Virus record (IMG/VR): IMGVR_UViG_3300017963_000188
Location: 186,001 to 250,000 of that record
Strand: one strand, 5' to 3'
DNA: 64,000 bases
Shown here: piece after piece, positions 58,236 to 64,000 of the stretch
Position numbering within the stretch: the stretch's first letter is position 1
How the letters are laid out: each line of letters begins with the position of its first letter
The notes under the pieces: generated by a model
What the model was told of the DNA's origin: nothing
Databases searched by the model: none
The model's input: only the letters and a program-made list of their open reading frames with translations
Translations under genes and position numbers: made by a program

Positions 58236-59039
58236 ATGAAGAAGATATTGATTCAAAAAACTTGTGCTGGTGTTTCTCCTGAAGTAGTGACCTTTGAAAC
58301 GGGGGCTTCCCCAGATCAAGTCTCTACTTTAGAATGTAACACATTTAATCATCATGGTGATGGTTATTCTCCGTTTTTCCCATCATCTTTGCATTTATTC
58401 TATGAGAGTCTATTGCTTGGTCGATCATTGCCTAATACAATGGTTATGAATCATATTCGTCATTATTCAAATGCTTTGGCTCCATGCTTTTTTCTATATG
58501 ATCTTGATATTTATTCAGAGAGAGCACCTGAATTGGTATCAGTTGTGGATCGTATTGAGCGTTGGGGAAGCGTTGGTTTTATCAATATACCACCTAGAAT
58601 AGATGCTCTACTATACAGTATATTTTCATTACTGCCTGATAAGGAACATGAAGAGAATCTTTCAGAAGATAGTTTGGGTGAAATACTACGTGTAGCTATC
58701 GATACTTTCCATTGGTATCTCTCAAATAACATCGTACCTAACACACATAGATCTCAATTGTCAGAACCTAATATTCTAGAACAGAGAGGGTCTTATGTGA
58801 TAGCTGAAATTGAAGACCTAAAAGACATTGACTCTCTATATCGTAAGGGTATAGAGTATGGTTTATGCTTTATGGGTGATGAGGCAGTGTTGTTCAAAAA
58901 GTCTATATTTATAGAAGTTCCTATGGAGAAGATCGCATCCAAGATGGGTGACTACAGAAAATTGGATAATTTTTTAATAATCTCTATTAAGAGAGAAAGA
59001 AGTTTTGTAATTTCTTTATGCCGTAGGTTTTTTGGTTAG
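58236..59039 (+). CDS. Hypothetical protein, weak DHH-like motif
   Basis: 267-aa ORF with FNHHG. Function not supported further. Confidence 0.55.
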   Translation: MKKILIQKTCAGVSPEVVTFETGASPDQVSTLECNTFNHHGDGYSPFFPSSLHLFYESLLLGRSLPNTMVMNHIRHYSNALAPCFFLYDLDIYSERAPELVSVVDRIERWGSVGFINIPPRIDALLYSIFSLLPDKEHEENLSEDSLGEILRVAIDTFHWYLSNNIVPNTHRSQLSEPNILEQRGSYVIAEIEDLKDIDSLYRKGIEYGLCFMGDEAVLFKKSIFIEVPMEKIASKMGDYRKLDNFLIISIKRERSFVISLCRRFFG

Positions 59040-59069
59040 TTATAGTGTAAACCACTAGGAGGTAATCGA

Positions 59070-59453
59070 ATGAGACGCCAAAATGCAGAATCAGCAATTA
59101 GCAGACTAGAGAGAAGGGTTCGTCGGAGAAAGTCCGCTTCGAGAGCTACCAATGTCGAACGTCCTAGTCGTAGAAGTGCAAGGTCTAAAAGACCCCGTAT
59201 GACCAGAGAGGCAGCATCTAGAACTGCTCGTATCAGATTAGCAAATATCTTGAATACCGCAGCAGATTGTTTGGATTGCTTGGAAGCTGCTGAGCAGGAA
59301 AGAGTGACTCGTGATACAAGGGCTGCTCGTAAGGATCTTGCTGGTATCATCACCAGGCTTGCTGACCTCACTGAAAATAAGGCTCCTTTTGATCCAGTAG
59401 CGATCCGTGAGCTAAAAGCAATTGAAAGGGATCTGGAACTGTTCCCTCGGTAA
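59070..59453 (+). CDS. Arg-rich basic protein
   Basis: AGGAGG SD. N-terminal half is highly R/S-rich. Confidence 0.65.
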   Translation: MRRQNAESAISRLERRVRRRKSASRATNVERPSRRSARSKRPRMTREAASRTARIRLANILNTAADCLDCLEAAEQERVTRDTRAARKDLAGIITRLADLTENKAPFDPVAIRELKAIERDLELFPR

Positions 59454-59517
59454 TTGCTGTTTGAGCATACAATATCTATGGGACTTGACCTGTAGATGTC
59501 ATAGATTGAGGTAGGCA

Positions 59518-60171
59518 ATGTCAAACGACAATTATATTTACCGTAAGGGAGCCACCCCTAATACTCGGACTGCTATCAGTCAGAAGAATAGGATCTTTGC
59601 TTTTGCAACAGGTGGAGATAGCAATCTGACTCAGATCGGAAATGTTGCTTCATTTGATCTTTCAGAGAGCAGAACCATTGATCCGGTTCGGGGTATTGGG
59701 TATGGTGATCAAGTAGCAGAACTCGTTCCTTCAGTCACTGACCCTATGAGCATCAGTGCTTCTAGGGCTATGTTGTATCTCCAGAACTTCTATCAGGCCC
59801 TGGGATACTATGGTGGTGCAGAAGGTCTTGTACGCTCCCTTAAACATCATAGATGGCCTTTTGATATAAAGCAGGAACTTGTCTTGTCACATCTTGTGAA
59901 TCAAGAGTTGAAATGGACTAGGGTTACACCTGCTGTTGAAGACAGTTCACGGGCCATTGTCACATATTTCGAGGCATGTTGGATCAATAGCTATTCAGCT
60001 TCTTACCCAGCAGATTCAGCTATTGTGAATGAAGACCTCGATATTACTGTCTCAGATGTTCTAGATAATGTGACTCCAAATCAAAGCCAGTATGCTAGGT
60101 TGACTTTGGATAATACATATTCTAGCTTGGATTCAGGTGGAGATATCAAACGCTCTGTAAGATTTGCGTAA
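59518..60171 (+). CDS. Tail tube protein
   Basis: IGNVASF..SESRTI..VRGIGYGD...ELVPS, PFDI, YFEACWINSYS..Y..D...V.E...ITV.DV, typical of myovirus tubes. Confidence 0.8.
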   Translation: MSNDNYIYRKGATPNTRTAISQKNRIFAFATGGDSNLTQIGNVASFDLSESRTIDPVRGIGYGDQVAELVPSVTDPMSISASRAMLYLQNFYQALGYYGGAEGLVRSLKHHRWPFDIKQELVLSHLVNQELKWTRVTPAVEDSSRAIVTYFEACWINSYSASYPADSAIVNEDLDITVSDVLDNVTPNQSQYARLTLDNTYSSLDSGGDIKRSVRFA

Positions 60172-60211
60172 TCCATCTTATCCCTTTATGTTATGTTATG
60201 TGGAGTAAATC

Positions 60212-60859
60212 ATGCCTTCAGCATTCCTACTTGATGGACTAGAGCAACTAAAAGATGTTGGTCTTCTAGAAATATCTTTTGAGGTTTCTGGTCTCAAAAT
60301 TGTACTTCGTTCCCTTAAAGCAGAAGATGATATCTTAATAGCCCGTAAGATGGCAGAACTCGATTCTGAGGGGCTAGAGTATGTCCAGACCTATAAGATG
60401 TGGATGGTAGCTTATTCTATTGCACAGCTCAATGACATGGACTTGAGAGGTATCAAAGCTATACCCCTAAAACCAGAAAAAGAAGGTGATAAACCAAAGA
60501 CGAAGACTAAGGAAGAGTATTTGTTCGAGTTGCTTTCTACATGGTCACGATCAGTGGTTTCTGTATGCTTTAAGAAGTATGGTGAACTTCTGGTTAAGAC
60601 TGAGAATAGTGCTGAAGAAGGGGTTGAATACGAAGTCTTTGATGTTGATGCTGAGATTAAGAGGTTGCAGGACAAAATAGAATCTTTGAAATCTCAGAAA
60701 GAGACTCCTTCTAGTGAAGCTTCTGATATAGAGAGTAATTTGTTTGAGAATGAAAAGTTGGAGGCTGAAGCAAAATTGTCTAAGGAGGAACCTTCTACAG
60801 ATACATCACCTCCTGAAGTAGATAACGATTCAAATGCTGAATCTCCATCTAATCCATAA
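60212..60859 (+). CDS. Tail assembly chaperone
   Basis: Follows the tube gene. KIVLRSL..ED, VAYSI.QLN, LLSTW...VV...F.KY..L. Confidence 0.6.
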   Translation: MPSAFLLDGLEQLKDVGLLEISFEVSGLKIVLRSLKAEDDILIARKMAELDSEGLEYVQTYKMWMVAYSIAQLNDMDLRGIKAIPLKPEKEGDKPKTKTKEEYLFELLSTWSRSVVSVCFKKYGELLVKTENSAEEGVEYEVFDVDAEIKRLQDKIESLKSQKETPSSEASDIESNLFENEKLEAEAKLSKEEPSTDTSPPEVDNDSNAESPSNP

Positions 60860-60870
60860 GGTGCTTTGAT

Positions 60871-62055
60871 GTGGTCTCAGATACTCGTACAGCCCTATTG
60901 GATAGGGATCAACATAATCCTGATCTAAGTGTAGAACGCTACAGGTCTCAAAGAGAAAAGGAAAAACAACGAGAAGAAAAGTGGCTGCTTCGATATAAGA
61001 ATCTGGAACAACTTATCTTCCAGGGTTTTTTGACTCTTCCTGTTTGCATCCAAGATACACGATTTGTTTTAAAGACAATCAATACTGTAGAGTTTGAAAA
61101 AGCACGTTTGTATCTAGGTCTTCGTCAATCAGATCATATTATACACCAATTGTATTTTATAGCTCATTCCATACTTATGGTAAATGATGTGAATGTTCTT
61201 CAGAGCAGATCTGAGTCATTACCATATATCATAAAATCTTTGCAAACCTTGCCTGTATCATACTTAACACGTATGGTTACATTGTTGACTGATCTTAATA
61301 ATTTATCTGTGAAAAGTGGGCCTCTTATTGAAGCCTATTGTTATGAGGATGTATCACGGCAGAATTGGATGTCTTTGAAAGGCTACAAATTGAATGATCC
61401 TATGGTTTCAGGTGTCGAAGGTACTCAGTATATTGGGTTGAATACCTACCAGAAATTATGGGTTTCTTTGAATAATTTGGAAGACATCAAGATAGCTCGT
61501 GAAGTTGATTGGGATTATGCTAAGTTTGTAGGATCTTGTTTTAATCCCAAAGGAGTTAGAAACATAGAGGCTCATGATAAAGGTCGTCGAGCTAGAGAAC
61601 GTGAAGAAAGAGAAATGATCCGTAAAGGTGTTGTTGAAGATGACACTATTAAAATACAAGCCAATACTGTTGAAGAATTGATGGATGAGTTGGAACGTAG
61701 TCTGAAGGGTGAGAAAGATTGGCATGACAAAGTTATAGAAGAATACGAAAGGAAAACAACAGAAGATTATAGAAAACAAAAAGAAAGTTATCTTGAAATA
61801 ATGGAAGAATCCCCTCTATCTCTAGAAGAATTGCAAAATCTTCAAGATGAGAATCCTGGTAAAAGAGTGTTTTCTCTAGATCAAGCTAAGGAATCTCTTG
61901 AGAAGAGGCGTCAAGGGGTTATCAATTCTCCTGCTATGCAACGGATGTATGAAATGTCGAGATCTTCCAAATACATCAACCGTCTTAATCCTTCTATAAA
62001 TTCAGATATTGTAGAGGGTTTTGAGGTAGAGACCCCGAACATAGGGAGAAAATAA
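60871..62055 (+). CDS. Second tail assembly chaperone-like protein
   Basis: Shares FVLKTI...E and IAHSI..VND with the previous gene. Precedes the tape measure. Confidence 0.5.
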   Translation: MVSDTRTALLDRDQHNPDLSVERYRSQREKEKQREEKWLLRYKNLEQLIFQGFLTLPVCIQDTRFVLKTINTVEFEKARLYLGLRQSDHIIHQLYFIAHSILMVNDVNVLQSRSESLPYIIKSLQTLPVSYLTRMVTLLTDLNNLSVKSGPLIEAYCYEDVSRQNWMSLKGYKLNDPMVSGVEGTQYIGLNTYQKLWVSLNNLEDIKIAREVDWDYAKFVGSCFNPKGVRNIEAHDKGRRAREREEREMIRKGVVEDDTIKIQANTVEELMDELERSLKGEKDWHDKVIEEYERKTTEDYRKQKESYLEIMEESPLSLEELQNLQDENPGKRVFSLDQAKESLEKRRQGVINSPAMQRMYEMSRSSKYINRLNPSINSDIVEGFEVETPNIGRK

Positions 62056-64000
62056 TGCCTGCGGTTGAAAAAGAGATTTATGAACAGATATATAAGCTGT
62101 CTACTGAAGGTCATGATAAGGTTCTCAATAATCTTGGTGATATTCATAAGGCAGTTTTGGGTATTGCTGAAGATGTAGCTTTTAAACCATTAGGTTTCAA
62201 AACTCTCATATCAGAAGCAAAGAAAGCTAAAGCTAGTGTTGATGGCATTTCCAAGTCATTGCAACAGATTCCGAAAAATATTGCAGGTACTATCAAGAAA
62301 GATTTCGCTGAAGGTTTTCGTGGGTTACGTAAGGATATAGCAAAAGAAGCTAAAGCAGCAAGTTCGTTTTGGGGTGAAGCTTTTTCAGGAAAATCAGTGG
62401 GGAAAATAAGCCCTGCTGTTCAAGCTGCTATTCAAGATGCTACAGAAAAAGGTTTAAAAGAAGGTGTTGATGATAGTGCTGCTTCTATAAGTAAGGCTCT
62501 TGAGACTCTCTTAAAACATGCTCCTACTATAAAGCCTGAGTTTGACCCTAAAGCTATGGGTCTTCCTTCTATTGAAGTGCAACCAGATATAGAGACTGCT
62601 ACGATGATTGAGCAGTTTGAAGTTTTTAAGGATATGGCAGCTACTGGAGGAAAGGAATTCCAAGAAAATTTAGAGGATGCTTTTCAAAGAGGTGAAGACC
62701 TTATCGAAGATATGAAGAATGCAACTGTTAATGATAAGAACCTAGTTGGCTTACAGAGATCTTTTAGGGATACTGTAAAAGGCATTCAAAAATCATTCGA
62801 AAAGGGTTCTGAAGGAACCACTAAGGATTTGAAAGATGAAGTGCCTAAGATTATGAAGGGTGGTTCTGATTTCATATATGATGCCTTCCATGCCTTAGAA
62901 AGTCCAGAAGCTTTTTTCCAAGGTATTGGTAAAGCTGGTGAATTTTTACAGAAGAAAGTTCCTGCTGGACTTGAAAAATGGTCTCGTTCTCTTGACAAGA
63001 AAGGTGGTTTGTTAGGTAAAGGAGCAAAAAAAGCTGCTGGTAAGGGTGCAGGAGCCGCAGCAGGTGGTGGTGGTGCTGGAGGTGCAGCTTTATCTGGTCT
63101 TGGTAAAGTAGCCATGGTTGCAGGTGCTGCATTAGCAGCAGTGGCAGCTATTGGAGCCCTAGTGAAGCTCTTGTTAGAAGCTGATTCTGCTATCAAAGAT
63201 TTTAACAAGTCTATGTTAAGTAATGTTGGTGCTGGTAATTTGATGGCAGCTACATTTTTGGAGGGTAAAGATGCAGCCAGTGCTTTTCACGATGGGTTAG
63301 ATACTCTTTATAAAGCAGGTAACGATTTTGGTTTCTTTTTAAGAACTGGGATTAAGCATGAAGAATTTGCAGCAGCTTTAGGTGCTATGTCAAAAGCTGG
63401 TTGGACATTTGCAGATGTTACAGGCCAGGCTGGAGATGATGCTAAAAACTTACAAGATGCTGTGAATTTAGCTAATGTGGCAAGTAAGAATTTTGGTATT
63501 GGTCTTACTGAAGGAGCTGAGACAATCGGTGATTGGAGAAAAAATCTTGGGATGTCTACTGAAGCAATTGCTATGACATTTGCTCAGATACAACAGGATG
63601 CTCTTGAAGCTAATATGGATGTTGGTAAATTTTTCAATACCGTGAAAAATGTGTCTTCTGATTTTGTTTTGTTTGGTGTTCGAGCCCATGAAGTTTCTGG
63701 TATGCTGGAACTTCTCGGTAAATCTGTTGGCCCAAAAAAAGCTGCTGAGATGATAGGTGGGCTCGTTGGTCAGATGAAAAATATGGGTGAGCAAGACCGT
63801 ATCCGTATTGTTGCTCTAGCTGGTCATAAGAAAACGTTAGATGCTTTACGTGGATCTCAAATGAGAGGTTTGAAGTCATTAAAGGATCAAAATGGTGCTT
63901 TCTTTGCCAGTGCTGGTAACCAAGACTTATATAATAAGGCTTTGCAAGGGAATGTTGGTGCTATAGAAGAACTTCAAAAGAAAGCTGCTGGCACAAAAGG
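62055..64000 (+). CDS. Tape measure protein, 5' part (runs off the window, absent from the ORF track)
   Basis: ATG 62055 overlaps the upstream TAA. Open frame MPAVEKEIYEQ... continues to the window end and is Ala/Gly-rich and helical (AAAGGGGAGGAALSGLGKVAMVAGAALAAVAAIG). Canonical position. Confidence 0.85.
   Translation, partial: MPAVEKEIYEQIYKLSTEGHDKVLNNLGDIHKAVLGIAEDVAFKPLGFKTLISEAKKAKASVDGISKSLQQIPKNIAGTIKKDFAEGFRGLRKDIAKEAKAASSFWGEAFSGKSVGKISPAVQAAIQDATEKGLKEGVDDSAASISKALETLLKHAPTIKPEFDPKAMGLPSIEVQPDIETATMIEQFEVFKDMAATGGKEFQENLEDAFQRGEDLIEDMKNATVNDKNLVGLQRSFRDTVKGIQKSFEKGSEGTTKDLKDEVPKIMKGGSDFIYDAFHALESPEAFFQGIGKAGEFLQKKVPAGLEKWSRSLDKKGGLLGKGAKKAAGKGAGAAAGGGGAGGAALSGLGKVAMVAGAALAAVAAIGALVKLLLEADSAIKDFNKSMLSNVGAGNLMAATFLEGKDAASAFHDGLDTLYKAGNDFGFFLRTGIKHEEFAAALGAMSKAGWTFADVTGQAGDDAKNLQDAVNLANVASKNFGIGLTEGAETIGDWRKNLGMSTEAIAMTFAQIQQDALEANMDVGKFFNTVKNVSSDFVLFGVRAHEVSGMLELLGKSVGPKKAAEMIGGLVGQMKNMGEQDRIRIVALAGHKKTLDALRGSQMRGLKSLKDQNGAFFASAGNQDLYNKALQGNVGAIEELQKKAAGTK

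Noticed and set aside
25349-63879. Minus-strand ORFs within structural genes (for example 27663..28109, 28813..29529, 36287..36856, 59036..59524, 62786..63208)
   Set aside because: They are antisense shadows of well-supported plus-strand genes.
1-64000. Stop-codon reassignment (alternative genetic code)
   Set aside because: Recognisable genes are full length in code 11 with high coding density, and TAA, TAG and TGA all end genes.

Overview
This window looks like part of a large contractile-tailed bacteriophage genome (Caudoviricetes, myovirus morphotype), read in standard code 11 with strong Shine-Dalgarno sites. The left arm (1-21.7 kb, minus strand) is one tightly packed replication, recombination and transcription cluster: two paralogous double-HTH proteins, a NusG paralogue, DnaX/HolA/HolB plus a divergent beta clamp, a short primase, an Mre11/SbcD nuclease with Rad50/SbcC split into two genes, an Fe-S PD-(D/E)XK nuclease, RecA, RuvC, SSB, RecD2-like helicase, class II ribonucleotide reductase and UDG. 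The strand switch at about 21.7-22.6 kb holds a densely base-paired non-coding region, a near-consensus sigma70 promoter and an AT/GATC-rich origin candidate. The right arm (22.7-64 kb, mostly plus strand) holds the virion genes: probable prohead protease, scaffold, major capsid, accessory and neck proteins, a 1407-aa tail sheath, tail tube, two chaperones and the start of the tape measure. The most striking items are a volactin-like actin ATPase with flanking candidate partners inside the neck/tail genes, the split Rad50, the structured region, and a recurring T-rich motif that may be a late promoter. All assignments come from motif recognition by eye; no database search or folding program was run.
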